From the NCBI GenBank assembly GCA_946499835.1, contig CAMMTJ010000001.1:80879-144878 (forward strand): DNA of 64,000 nucleotides, given 5' to 3'. A program made the translations under genes and the position numbers. This document shows, piece after piece, positions 46,729 through 56,010 of the stretch. Source of the stretch: an uncultured Bacillota bacterium. GTDB taxonomy: Bacteria; Bacillota; Clostridia; Christensenellales; UBA1242. Position 1 is the stretch's first letter, and every line of letters starts with the position of its first letter. The notes below the pieces were generated by a model. That model was not told the DNA's origin. It saw nothing but the letters and a program-made list of their open reading frames with translations, and made no database searches.

Positions 46729-47756
46729 TTTTCACCTCCAAGCACCTTGTTGCGAAGTTGCCCACACGCACCGCCGATATCCTCACCCATAGTTCTACGC
46801 ACGGTGGCAGAAAGTCCAAGTTTTTCAAGTTTTTTTGCAAATTCATAACATTTTTCTCTGTTATCTCCCTTAATACTTCTTTCAGCAACCTTGTTGAGCG
46901 GAATGACATTTATATGCGATGGAAATCCTCGCAAGAGATAGGCAAGTTCTTGGGCATTTTCATCCTTGTCATTTTCACCGCTTATAAGCACATATTCAAA
47001 AATTATTCTTCGTCCAGTTTTTTCAAAATAATATTTGCAAGCATCAATTATCTCTTTGATAGAATATTTGTTTGCTATCGGCATTGACTTTCTTCTTGAC
47101 AAGTCGTTTGAAGCGTGCAAAGATATCGTCAAAGTTACAGAAAAACCATCATCTGCAAGACGATAAATATTTTCAACAATTCCGCACGTTGAAAGAGATA
47201 TATTTCTTTGGCTTATATTCAAGCCTTCTTTTGCACTCACAAGTTTCAAAAATGTGGTCACATTGTCATAATTATCAAGTGGCTCACCGCTTCCCATAAG
47301 CACAAGATTGGTTATCTTTCGCTCCTTTCCATTTCCGCCAAGATCTCGATTGACCAGCAAAACTTGGCCGAGCATTTCACCGGCAGACAAATTGCGAACA
47401 AGTCCATGCAAAGTTGAAGCACAAAACTTGCACCCCATTCGGCAACCAACTTGTGTGGACAAACAAAGGGTGTGCCCATATTTGTAACTCATAAGCACCC
47501 CTTCCACAATATTGCCATCATCAAATGCAAAAAGATATTTTATCGTGTCATCCTTGCTGACATATTTTCTATAAATTTTGTATTTTGGATAACTTTCCAC
47601 AATCTCTTGTGGCATATTTTTTGGAAGATTTGTCACTTCGTCAAAAGATTTTGCACTATAAATCGCATCAAAAAGTTGTTTGCCACGAAATGCTGGCAAA
47701 CCTTGACCTTTGACATAATCTTGCATCTGGGCAAGTGACAAATCAGACAAAATCAA
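46725..47756 (-). CDS. rlmN: 23S rRNA/tRNA (adenine-C2)-methyltransferase RlmN (radical SAM)
   Basis: CRMGCKFCAS radical SAM cluster motif and C-terminal GGACGQL. Confidence 0.93.
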   Translation of the reverse strand: MILSDLSLAQMQDYVKGQGLPAFRGKQLFDAIYSAKSFDEVTNLPKNMPQEIVESYPKYKIYRKYVSKDDTIKYLFAFDDGNIVEGVLMSYKYGHTLCLSTQVGCRMGCKFCASTLHGLVRNLSAGEMLGQVLLVNRDLGGNGKERKITNLVLMGSGEPLDNYDNVTTFLKLVSAKEGLNISQRNISLSTCGIVENIYRLADDGFSVTLTISLHASNDLSRRKSMPIANKYSIKEIIDACKYYFEKTGRRIIFEYVLISGENDKDENAQELAYLLRGFPSHINVIPLNKVAERSIKGDNREKCYEFAKKLEKLGLSATVRRTMGEDIGGACGQLRNKVLGGEK

Positions 47757-48667
47757 TTTATTTTCTTCCCCTCAAATGAAAATCCGTTCAAAAAATCTTT
47801 GGCAGGAACCATTTTCCCATTTTTTGATAAACATTTTCCTATCTCAACAGCACCATCACTGCATCCAAGAATTATTCTTCCCTTAACAGGAGCCACTTCT
47901 CCAATTTTCAAATTTTGAAAATCTTTGCTCACATTCTTGATCTCGGAAACCTTCAATCTTTGCCCATCAACAAGCAAAAAGACTCCCATTTCACAAAGGG
48001 CTCTGCTTTGATTGACAATTTCAGATGCCGTTTTGTTAAGATCCAAAAACGCGTCACTTTTTTCAAGTTTTCGGCAAAAGGTTGCCTTATCATCATCTTG
48101 CTTAAAAGTTTTAACTTGTCCTTTCTCAAACAAATCTAAAACTTCAACAAGCATATCTCCACCAACATCTGCAAGTTTTTCTTGCAAAGTTGTGTAATCA
48201 TCATCTTCTTCAATTTTGACTTGCTTTTGCGCAATCACATCGCCAGCGTCAACCGCCCTGACCACTTTCATAATACTCACGCCTGTCACCTTGTCGCCTG
48301 AAAGGAGTGCACTTTGAATTGGTGTTGCACCTCTATATTTTGGCAAAAGTGATGGATGAACATTGATACAAGGCGCAATAGACAGAAATTTCTCATTCAA
48401 TATTTGTCCAAATGAAGCGGTCACTGCAATGTCATAGTCAATCTTTTCAATTTCGTCAAGATGTTGTGAAAGTTTGTCAAAAGAAATGACTGGTATTCCT
48501 TTTTCGGTGGCAAACTGTTTGACCTGTGTTGGCATAAGTTTTTGTCCTCTTCCGCTTGGCTTATCACTTTGCGTAACAACAGCGACAACATTATGACTGC
48601 TTTGAAGAAGTCTTTTAAGAATTTTTACAGCAAAATAGGGACTGCCAAGAAACAATATCTTCATCAC
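47753..48667 (-). CDS. fmt: Methionyl-tRNA formyltransferase
   Basis: ILFLGSP N-terminus, HPSLLPKYRG motif, def-fmt synteny. Confidence 0.95.
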   Translation of the reverse strand: MMKILFLGSPYFAVKILKRLLQSSHNVVAVVTQSDKPSGRGQKLMPTQVKQFATEKGIPVISFDKLSQHLDEIEKIDYDIAVTASFGQILNEKFLSIAPCINVHPSLLPKYRGATPIQSALLSGDKVTGVSIMKVVRAVDAGDVIAQKQVKIEEDDDYTTLQEKLADVGGDMLVEVLDLFEKGQVKTFKQDDDKATFCRKLEKSDAFLDLNKTASEIVNQSRALCEMGVFLLVDGQRLKVSEIKNVSKDFQNLKIGEVAPVKGRIILGCSDGAVEIGKCLSKNGKMVPAKDFLNGFSFEGKKIN

Positions 48668-48672
48668 CCCTC

Positions 48673-49137
48673 CTATTTTTTGCCAAAGTATTTGTCTTTG
48701 TCAAGCGTCTTATCAATGAACAACACGCCGTCCAAATGATCAACTTCATGGCAAATACATCTTGCAAGATATTTCTCTCCTGTGAGAGTAAAAGGATAGC
48801 CATATCTATCACAAGCCTTAACAGTTATTTTATAAGGGCGCTTTACTCTGCCATGGAAAGATCCCACTGACAAACAGCCTTCCTCTTCAATATCCTCACC
48901 CTCCTGCGCAACAATGACTGGATTGATAAGTTCAGCAAACATCCCGTTGACATCAATCACGATTGCCCTGCGGAGAACTCCAACTTGTGGTGCAGCCAAA
49001 CCCATACCGTCATTTTTATACATACTCTCACGCATATCATCAAGCAGTTGCCACAAATCTTCATCAAAGTCTTTAACTGGCTTTGACTTTTTTCTGAGCA
49101 ATTCATCTCCCACTTGAACAATTTTTCTCGTTGCCAT
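48673..49137 (-). CDS. def: Peptide deformylase
   Basis: GLAAPQVG, EGCLS and HEVDHL motifs. Start set at ATG 49137 (MATRKIV..., SD GGAGAG). Confidence 0.93.
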   Translation of the reverse strand: MATRKIVQVGDELLRKKSKPVKDFDEDLWQLLDDMRESMYKNDGMGLAAPQVGVLRRAIVIDVNGMFAELINPVIVAQEGEDIEEEGCLSVGSFHGRVKRPYKITVKACDRYGYPFTLTGEKYLARCICHEVDHLDGVLFIDKTLDKDKYFGKK

Positions 49138-49148
49138 TTTCTCTCCTT

Positions 49149-51332
49149 TCATGACATATTTTGAGGATTAACCTCAAAAAATACACTTGTTTTTGACGCT
49201 TTGTCAACAATATCAAAAACCTCTTTTTCTATTTGGTCAGCCTTATCTAGTTTCATTCTTATGATGATTTGATATCGAAATTTATCTTGAATCCTCTTGA
49301 TAGGCGATTTCATAGCGTCAAGATAAAAGATCTCGCCCTCATATTTTTCTTTCAATTTTGCTATTTCATTATAGCATACTTTCAACAGGTCTCGCACATA
49401 ATTTTCATTTTTATCACTAAAAAGTATCCTTAAAATACGTGAAAAAGGTGGAAATTGTGCTGTTTGACGGATATTTTCTTCTTTTCTAAAAAATCCTTTA
49501 TAGTCATAGTTTGCCACAAACTTATAGACATAATGCCTTGGAGCATAAGTTTGCAAGACCACCTTGCCAGCAAGTGCACCTCTTCCTGCACGGCCTGCCA
49601 CCTGCGTGATAAGTTGAAAAGTCCTTTCTGTGCTCCTGTAATCTGCATGAAAAAGACTTTGGTCGGCATCAATAATTCCAACCAAGAGGACATTTTCAAA
49701 ATCGTGCCCTTTGGCTATCATCTGTGTGCCAACAAGGATTGCTGGAAGCGTGTTTTTGAACTCAGTCAAAATCTTTTGATGTGCATTTTTTGTTGAAGTT
49801 GTGTCGTTGTCCATACGCAAAATTTTTACGTCTGGAAAAAGTCTATGAAGTTCGTGGACGACCTGTTCTGTCCCAACCGCACCTTGCTTGATATTTTCAC
49901 TGCCACATTTTGGACATCTATCAAGCACCTTGAATTGCTTCCCACAATAGTGACATTTGAGACGATTGTCCTCTCTGTGATAAACCAATGAAACATCGCA
50001 ATCGGTGCATTTTGCAATATAGCCACAATCGCGACATCTCATAAAGGAAGAATAGCCACGTCTGTTGATAAACATCATCGCTTGCTTCTTTTGATTTATC
50101 ACATTTGCAAGGTCGGAAATAAGTTGACTTGAAAAGATAGTGCTGTTGCCTTTACGCAACTCTCCCACCATGTCAACAATTTGAATTTGTGGAAGTTCTT
50201 TCCCGTTTGCTCTTACAGGCATTTCAACAAGTTTGTATTTGCCCTGCTTTGCTTTTTCATAACTCTCAACACTTGGCGTTGCAGATCCAAGCACCAAAGG
50301 TGCTTTGTTTGCTCTTGCACGAAAGATAGCAACATCGTGAGTTGAAAATCTTGGATTTGACTCTGATATGTAACTTTGCTCATGCTCTTCATCAACAATT
50401 ATAACTCCAACATTTTCAACTGGTGCAAATATTGCCGATCTTGCACCAACTGCTATTGTTGCCTCGCCAGAAAAAAGTCTTTTCCATTCGTCAAATCGCT
50501 CACCAGCAGAAAGTCCACTGTGAAGAATAGCAACTCGTGAGCCAAAACGACTTTTGAAGTTTGAAAAGATTTGTGGAGTAAGTGAAATTTCAGGGACAAG
50601 CATAATCGCACTCTTCCCCTGACTGAGAGCACGCGAGATAAGACGCATATAGACCTCGGTTTTACCAGAACCGGTCACGCCGTGCAAAAGGTATGTTTCA
50701 TTTTCGCACATTGTCTCAACTGCCCTCTCTTGTGAAGGAGTGAGCGTAACTTTTTTGTCATCCTCTTCGACAAAAACTGGCTCCCTTCTTTTTGTTTTTT
50801 TCTCTTGACAAATTGCCCCTTTTTCAAGAAGTGAACTCAGCGCACTTCTTCCAAACTTTTCACAAAGTTCACTGGAAGAGGCACTTCTTTCACTCTTCAA
50901 ATATTCAAGCAGTGCCTGCTGTTTGTGCGCACTTTTGCCAACTGAAACTTCTGTGCCAGAGAGTGAATAAAAAGTTTCAAACAGTTCCCTTACCTTCCCC
51001 TCTCTCATCTCCGCTGGTAAAAAAAGTCTTATTATCGATGCAAGTTTCAAATGATTTTTTTCTGCCATATATTTCATAAGATTTAGCATTTCTTTTTTTA
51101 TGGCGGAAAAATCTTCAACTTTTTCTTTGATAGGTTTTATCTTTTGCTCATCATATTGACAATTCTCATTTAGTCCCACAACAAAGCCTTGAAGGTCGCG
51201 TTTGCCAAAAGGCACAATCACACGCATACCCTCTTTCACATCCATTCCGTCAGGCACTTTGTATTCAAAGACTTTGTCAAGTGCTTTCGCATCTTGGTCG
51301 ATTATAATCTGAGCAAACAATATTTTCTCCAA
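49149..51332 (-). CDS. priA: Primosomal protein N' (PriA helicase)
   Basis: Walker A GVTGSGKT, DEEH box (VDEEHE), Cys4 zinc insert (CRDCG...CTDC...CHYCG...CPKCG). Confidence 0.95.
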   Translation of the reverse strand: MEKILFAQIIIDQDAKALDKVFEYKVPDGMDVKEGMRVIVPFGKRDLQGFVVGLNENCQYDEQKIKPIKEKVEDFSAIKKEMLNLMKYMAEKNHLKLASIIRLFLPAEMREGKVRELFETFYSLSGTEVSVGKSAHKQQALLEYLKSERSASSSELCEKFGRSALSSLLEKGAICQEKKTKRREPVFVEEDDKKVTLTPSQERAVETMCENETYLLHGVTGSGKTEVYMRLISRALSQGKSAIMLVPEISLTPQIFSNFKSRFGSRVAILHSGLSAGERFDEWKRLFSGEATIAVGARSAIFAPVENVGVIIVDEEHEQSYISESNPRFSTHDVAIFRARANKAPLVLGSATPSVESYEKAKQGKYKLVEMPVRANGKELPQIQIVDMVGELRKGNSTIFSSQLISDLANVINQKKQAMMFINRRGYSSFMRCRDCGYIAKCTDCDVSLVYHREDNRLKCHYCGKQFKVLDRCPKCGSENIKQGAVGTEQVVHELHRLFPDVKILRMDNDTTSTKNAHQKILTEFKNTLPAILVGTQMIAKGHDFENVLLVGIIDADQSLFHADYRSTERTFQLITQVAGRAGRGALAGKVVLQTYAPRHYVYKFVANYDYKGFFRKEENIRQTAQFPPFSRILRILFSDKNENYVRDLLKVCYNEIAKLKEKYEGEIFYLDAMKSPIKRIQDKFRYQIIIRMKLDKADQIEKEVFDIVDKASKTSVFFEVNPQNMS

Positions 51333-51393
51333 AAAAAATTCTATCGTCTTTCGACAATAGAATTATAACACATTTTTTCTTGCCTGTCCACAA

Positions 51394-51588
51394 TTAGAAA
51401 TCGCTAGGCTTAACTTTTCCACTTGCAACTTCCTCGCAAGCCAAGGTAATAGATTTTTTGTCTTGGTCAGCAAGTTCAAGTCTTCTTACACTATCAATTT
51501 CTTTTGCTCTTTTTGTAACGATTGTGCAAAGCACATATTTGTTTTTCACTTTGGACAAAAGAGTATCAATAGAAGGATAAAGCATCAT
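51394..51588 (-). CDS. rpoZ: DNA-directed RNA polymerase subunit omega
   Basis: MMLYPSIDTLLSKVKNKYVLCTIVTKRAKEI. SD GAGGTGA. The track start at 51630 is an extension. Confidence 0.85.
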   Translation of the reverse strand: MMLYPSIDTLLSKVKNKYVLCTIVTKRAKEIDSVRRLELADQDKKSITLACEEVASGKVKPSDF

Positions 51589-51795
51589 AATAATCACCTC
51601 GAATAGTTTTTTACTCACAAAGTATATCACAAAAAATTGCCTTTGTAAAGAGAAAATTTGCCATTATACGCATATTTTGATGACGATTTGCCATAAATAT
51701 TCGACAATTAAATCAAATGCCCGACAAAAAAGTGCTCACACAATTTATCTCTTAGGTCATATAATATAACTTGCGCGCTATAAAAGGAATCAATA

Positions 51796-52269
51796 ATGAA
51801 AAAAGAAATTTTACTTACAAAAAACATTGTTCAAGACTCATTTAATGACTTTTTTGAACAAATTCAAACCACAAATCAACCTATATTTTCAAAAAATCTA
51901 TATCCATATGAAGCACCAACGTTTGAAAGATTTGTCACGAAATTTGCATATCTTCACTATACTTGCAATGCAACTCTTTCAACATTTGATGCAGTTGTCA
52001 CAGCAAAAGATGACAATGGGCTGGAAAACAAATTGTTAAGCGAATATTTGACTGCCACTCTTCAAAAATCATATTTTTCAAGCATGACGATTGAATATGG
52101 CAGGCCTTTCATTTCTCATATGCAAGATTGCTGGAAAAAACATTTTCAGACAAGACTTTTTGGGGCCGATGATAAAGAAGATCTTGATTTTTATAATATC
52201 TGCTTTGAACAAGAAGAAAAATTTTCCGAACTTGCAATGGTCGAAGAAATGCTTTGTGCTCTAAATTGA
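51796..52269 (+). CDS. Hypothetical protein (157 aa)
   Basis: Isolated plus-strand ORF with a shared bidirectional terminator. No motif recognised, and no convincing SD seen. Confidence 0.6.
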   Translation: MKKEILLTKNIVQDSFNDFFEQIQTTNQPIFSKNLYPYEAPTFERFVTKFAYLHYTCNATLSTFDAVVTAKDDNGLENKLLSEYLTATLQKSYFSSMTIEYGRPFISHMQDCWKKHFQTRLFGADDKEDLDFYNICFEQEEKFSELAMVEEMLCALN

Positions 52270-52306
52270 CAAAAATCAAAACTTTTCAATAATATCATGT
52301 TTGGCA

Positions 52307-52338
52307 TAAAAAAACACTGCAAAATGCAGTGTTTTTTG
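52307..52338. terminator. Bidirectional terminator (157-aa gene / ppdK)
   Basis: ACACTGCA-AAA-TGCAGTGT flanked by A7 and T6. Confidence 0.7.
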
Positions 52339-54963
52339 TTATTTTCTTGGATTTTTGATGTTTGCTTGTGCAGCAGCAAGTCTTGCGATTGGGACTCTGT
52401 ATGGTGAGCAAGAAACATAAGTAAGTCCAACATTGTGGCAGAATTCCACACTTGAAGGATCGCCACCATGCTCTCCACAAATTCCAAGTTTGATGTCTGG
52501 TCTTGTTTGTTTTCCAAGATCAGCAGCCATTTTTACAAGTTTGCCAACGCCGTTTTGGTCAAGTCTTGCGAATGGATCGCTTTCAAAGATTTTCTTTGTG
52601 TAATAAACATCAAGGAATTTTGCAGCATCGTCACGGCTGAATCCGTATGTCATTTGAGTGAGGTCGTTTGTTCCAAATGAGAAGAACTCAGCATATTTTG
52701 CAACTTCGTCTGCGGTCAAAGCAGCACGAGGGATCTCGATCATTGTTCCGATCTTGTATGTGAGTTTAGCGCCTTTCTTAGCGATGATTTCGTCTGCCTT
52801 GTTTGCAACGATATCACGAACATATTTGAATTCTTTTGCATCACAAGTAAGAGGGATCATGATTTCAGGAACAATCTTGTATCCTTTTTCTTTGTTTACT
52901 TCGATAGCGGCTTCAATAACAGCCTGAGTTTGCATTTCAGCAATTTCAGGATAAGTTACAGCCAAACGAAGTCCACGGTGTCCCATCATTGGGTTGAATT
53001 CATGAAGAGAAGCAACTGTTTGTTTAAGTTTTGCAAATGAAATTCCCATTTCTTTTGCAAGTGCTTTGATTTCGCTATCTTCGTGAGGAAGGAATTCGTG
53101 AAGTGGTGGGTCAAGGAATCTGATTGTCACAGCCTTGCCTTCCATTGCTTTGTAAATTCCTTTGAAGTCTTTCTTTTGCATTGGAAGAAGTTTTGCAAGA
53201 GCCTTCTTTCTTTCTTCTACTGTTGTAGAAACAATCATTTCTCTCACAGCAGGGATTCTGTCTGCTTCAAAGAACATGTGTTCTGTTCTGCAAAGACCAA
53301 CACCTTCTGCACCAAAGTTGAAAGCATTTTTTGCATCCTTTGGATTGTCAGCGTTTGTGCGCACTTGAAGTGCTCTATATTTGTCAGCCCATTTCATAAT
53401 GGTTGCAAATTCGCCAGAGATAGTTGCAGGCTCTGTTGCGATAGCGCCATCATAAATTTTTCCTGTTGATCCGTCAAATGAGATAACATCCCCTTCAACA
53501 TATTTCTTTCCAGCAAGTTCGAAAGATTTTTCATCTTCTGCAAATTTGATAGCACTGCATCCAGCAACGCAGGCAGTTCCCATACCACGAGCAACAACGG
53601 CAGCGTGAGATGTCATACCACCACGAGCGGTCAAGATACCTTGTGAAGCAGCCATACCTTCGATATCTTCTGGTGAAGTTTCAAGACGAACAAGAACAAC
53701 CTTTTCTTTCTTGCCCATTTCTTTTGCTTTTTCAGCAGTGAAGCAAATTTTTCCGCTTGCAGCGCCCGGAGAAGCAGGCAATGCCTCAGCAATAACTTTT
53801 GCCTTTTTAAGTGCTGCTGGGTCAAATTGTGGGTGCAAGAGAGCGTCAAGTTGTTTTGGATCAAGCATCATAAGTGCTTCTTGTTCTGTGATCATTTTTT
53901 CTTTTACAAGGTCAACGGCAACTTTGAGAGCGGCTTTTGCAGTTCTCTTACCATTTCTTGTTTGAAGCATATAGAGTTTTCCTTTTTCAATAGTAAACTC
54001 CATATCTTGCATATCTCTGTTATGTTTTTCAAGAGTTTTTGCGATATTTTCAAATTCAGCATAAACTTTTGGATTTTGTTTTTTAAGTGTTGAAATTGGA
54101 AGAGGTGTTCTGATACCAGCAACAACGTCTTCGCCTTGTGCGTTCATAAGATATTCGCCATAAAGTTTGTTTTCACCAGTAGCAGGGTTACGAGAGAAAG
54201 CAACACCTGTTCCTGAATCTTCGCCCATGTTACCGAAAACCATAGATTGAACGTTGACAGCAGTTCCCCATTCATAAGGAATGTCGTGCATTCTTCTGTA
54301 AACGTTTGCTCTGTCGTTATCCCAAGAACGGAACACAGCCTTAACAGCCTCGATAAGTTGAACCTGTGGATCTTGTGGGAACTCTTCCCCTTGTGCCTTT
54401 TTGTAAAGGTCTTTGAACATTTTTACGATTTCTTTAAGGTCATCAGCAGTGAGGTCTTTGTCGAATTGAACACCCTTTTTCTCTTTAACTTTGTCAAGGA
54501 TTCTCTCATATTTTGATTTTTCTTGTTGCATAACAACGTCACTGAACATCTGAATAAATCTTCTGTATGAGTCATAAGCAAAACGAGGGTTGTTTGTAAG
54601 AGCAGCAAGTCCTTCAACCACTTGATCGTTAAGACCGAGGTTAAGAATTGTGTCCATCATACCAGGCATAGAAACGCGTGCACCTGAACGAACAGAAACA
54701 AGCAAAGGATTTTTCACATCTCCAAATTTCTTGCCAGTCATTTTTTCAAGTTCGGCAAGTTTTTCTTTGATTTGAGCAAGAATATCTTTGTTGATTTTTC
54801 TGCCGTCTTGATAATATTGTGTGCAGGCCTCAGTTGTAACAGTGAAGCCTTGTGGCACAGGCATTCCAAGGCTTGTCATTTCAGCGAGGTTTGCACCTTT
54901 TCCACCGAAAAGCGCTTTGTTTTTGCCATCTGCTTCTTTGAATAAGTAAACAAATTTCTTCAT
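52339..54963 (-). CDS. ppdK: Pyruvate, phosphate dikinase
   Basis: 874 aa, phosphohistidine motif GGMTSHAAVVARG, PEP-utilising C-terminal TIM-barrel motifs. Confidence 0.97.
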   Translation of the reverse strand: MKKFVYLFKEADGKNKALFGGKGANLAEMTSLGMPVPQGFTVTTEACTQYYQDGRKINKDILAQIKEKLAELEKMTGKKFGDVKNPLLVSVRSGARVSMPGMMDTILNLGLNDQVVEGLAALTNNPRFAYDSYRRFIQMFSDVVMQQEKSKYERILDKVKEKKGVQFDKDLTADDLKEIVKMFKDLYKKAQGEEFPQDPQVQLIEAVKAVFRSWDNDRANVYRRMHDIPYEWGTAVNVQSMVFGNMGEDSGTGVAFSRNPATGENKLYGEYLMNAQGEDVVAGIRTPLPISTLKKQNPKVYAEFENIAKTLEKHNRDMQDMEFTIEKGKLYMLQTRNGKRTAKAALKVAVDLVKEKMITEQEALMMLDPKQLDALLHPQFDPAALKKAKVIAEALPASPGAASGKICFTAEKAKEMGKKEKVVLVRLETSPEDIEGMAASQGILTARGGMTSHAAVVARGMGTACVAGCSAIKFAEDEKSFELAGKKYVEGDVISFDGSTGKIYDGAIATEPATISGEFATIMKWADKYRALQVRTNADNPKDAKNAFNFGAEGVGLCRTEHMFFEADRIPAVREMIVSTTVEERKKALAKLLPMQKKDFKGIYKAMEGKAVTIRFLDPPLHEFLPHEDSEIKALAKEMGISFAKLKQTVASLHEFNPMMGHRGLRLAVTYPEIAEMQTQAVIEAAIEVNKEKGYKIVPEIMIPLTCDAKEFKYVRDIVANKADEIIAKKGAKLTYKIGTMIEIPRAALTADEVAKYAEFFSFGTNDLTQMTYGFSRDDAAKFLDVYYTKKIFESDPFARLDQNGVGKLVKMAADLGKQTRPDIKLGICGEHGGDPSSVEFCHNVGLTYVSCSPYRVPIARLAAAQANIKNPRK

Positions 54964-54992
54964 AAATTTCTTCTCCTTTTTTTACCAAACAT

Positions 54993-55021
54993 ATTATAAT
55001 AAAAAGAAAAAAAATAGGCAA
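54993..55021 (-). promoter_or_regulatory. SigA-type promoter of ppdK
   Basis: Minus strand TTGCCT-N17-TATAAT, followed by SD AAGGAGAAG. Confidence 0.6.
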
Positions 55022-55058
55022 ATATTTTAGCGTTTATTTTGAAAATATTTTTGAAAAA

Positions 55059-55316
55059 CTAACTTTCAAAATCATGCCTATCAAACAACTCTTCACAATA
55101 AAAGTCTGACAGATACAAGCCGAATGCTTTTGATATTTTTAATATAATGTTAATATCTATATCATTAGAATCAGTTAAAATATCATGTATAACATACAAA
55201 GATAAACCTGCTTTTTTTTTGCAAGCATCTTTTCATCCCAACCTTTTTCATCCATCAAGATTTTTATCCTTAATCTAATAACTTCAATTATATCTTTTAT
55301 GATTATATGATACCAT
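55059..55316 (-). pseudogene. Frameshifted XRE-family HTH gene remnant
   Basis: The minus strand reads ...IRLRIKILMDEKGWDEKMLAKK, then an A9 run (plus-strand T9 at 55212-55220), then in another frame AGLSLYVIHDILTDSNDIDINIILKISKAFGLYLSDFYCEELFDRHDFES*. The only upstream ATG (55316) is in a third frame, separated by an A4 run. Confidence 0.6.
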
Positions 55317-55364
55317 ATCTAAATAAATTTTTTAATCATTTATAACATTGCATTTACAGTTGTA

Positions 55365-55393
55365 TAAAAATAAGGCTTACAAACCAAGCCTTA
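55365..55393 (-). terminator. Terminator after the 189-aa gene
   Basis: TAAGGCTT-loop-AAGCCTTA followed by a T-run on the minus strand. Confidence 0.65.
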
Positions 55394-55395
55394 TC

Positions 55396-55965
55396 TTAAT
55401 AATCTGTTCTAATTTCTACTATCACAACATTTTCTTTGTTTATTCCAACCTTGCAGTCATAAACAATAAACTCTATGATCATGTTGTAAAGTTCATGTTC
55501 ACTGATATATGCCATAAGTTTTGAAAAGCCTGGAATACGCCATACTTTGTCGTCATCTAGGCTGGTGTGAATATTGTATTTTGGATTGTCATAAACATTG
55601 CGATTTGTCCCCTCTTCATCATCACGAGCAATGAGGTCAATCATTTCGCGGTAGCCGTCACGCGTTACCTTAACATCGCCGACCAAAACAATATCTTCTT
55701 TATATTCATTGTAAGATACATCCACAGTCACCCTTTTGCCAAACTTTGACAAAAGTGGCAAAGCCTCTTCAAAAGAAGTTACAAAAAAGAAGTCTCCATC
55801 AGGCTTGTCAGTGTTGCGCAAAACATATTCTTTTGCAGGATACTTTTTGAAAAATTTTTTTATACCTTCAATGTCATCTGTTGCAAAAACATCAAGAGGG
55901 AAATAATTTAAGCGAAGTTCTTTCATTTTTGCAACGGCATCTTTTTTATCTCGTATTTTTATCAT
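55396..55965 (-). CDS. Hypothetical cytoplasmic protein (189 aa), vaguely ATP-grasp-like
   Basis: Clean ORF with terminator. The pattern YVLRNTDKPDGDFFFVTSFEEA...IVLVGDVKV...IVEIR is reminiscent of small ATP-grasp folds. No firm motif. Confidence 0.65.
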   Translation of the reverse strand: MIKIRDKKDAVAKMKELRLNYFPLDVFATDDIEGIKKFFKKYPAKEYVLRNTDKPDGDFFFVTSFEEALPLLSKFGKRVTVDVSYNEYKEDIVLVGDVKVTRDGYREMIDLIARDDEEGTNRNVYDNPKYNIHTSLDDDKVWRIPGFSKLMAYISEHELYNMIIEFIVYDCKVGINKENVVIVEIRTDY

Positions 55966-56010
55966 AATTTTATCCTCATGATATTATGATAACACATTTT
56001 TGTTTTTATT

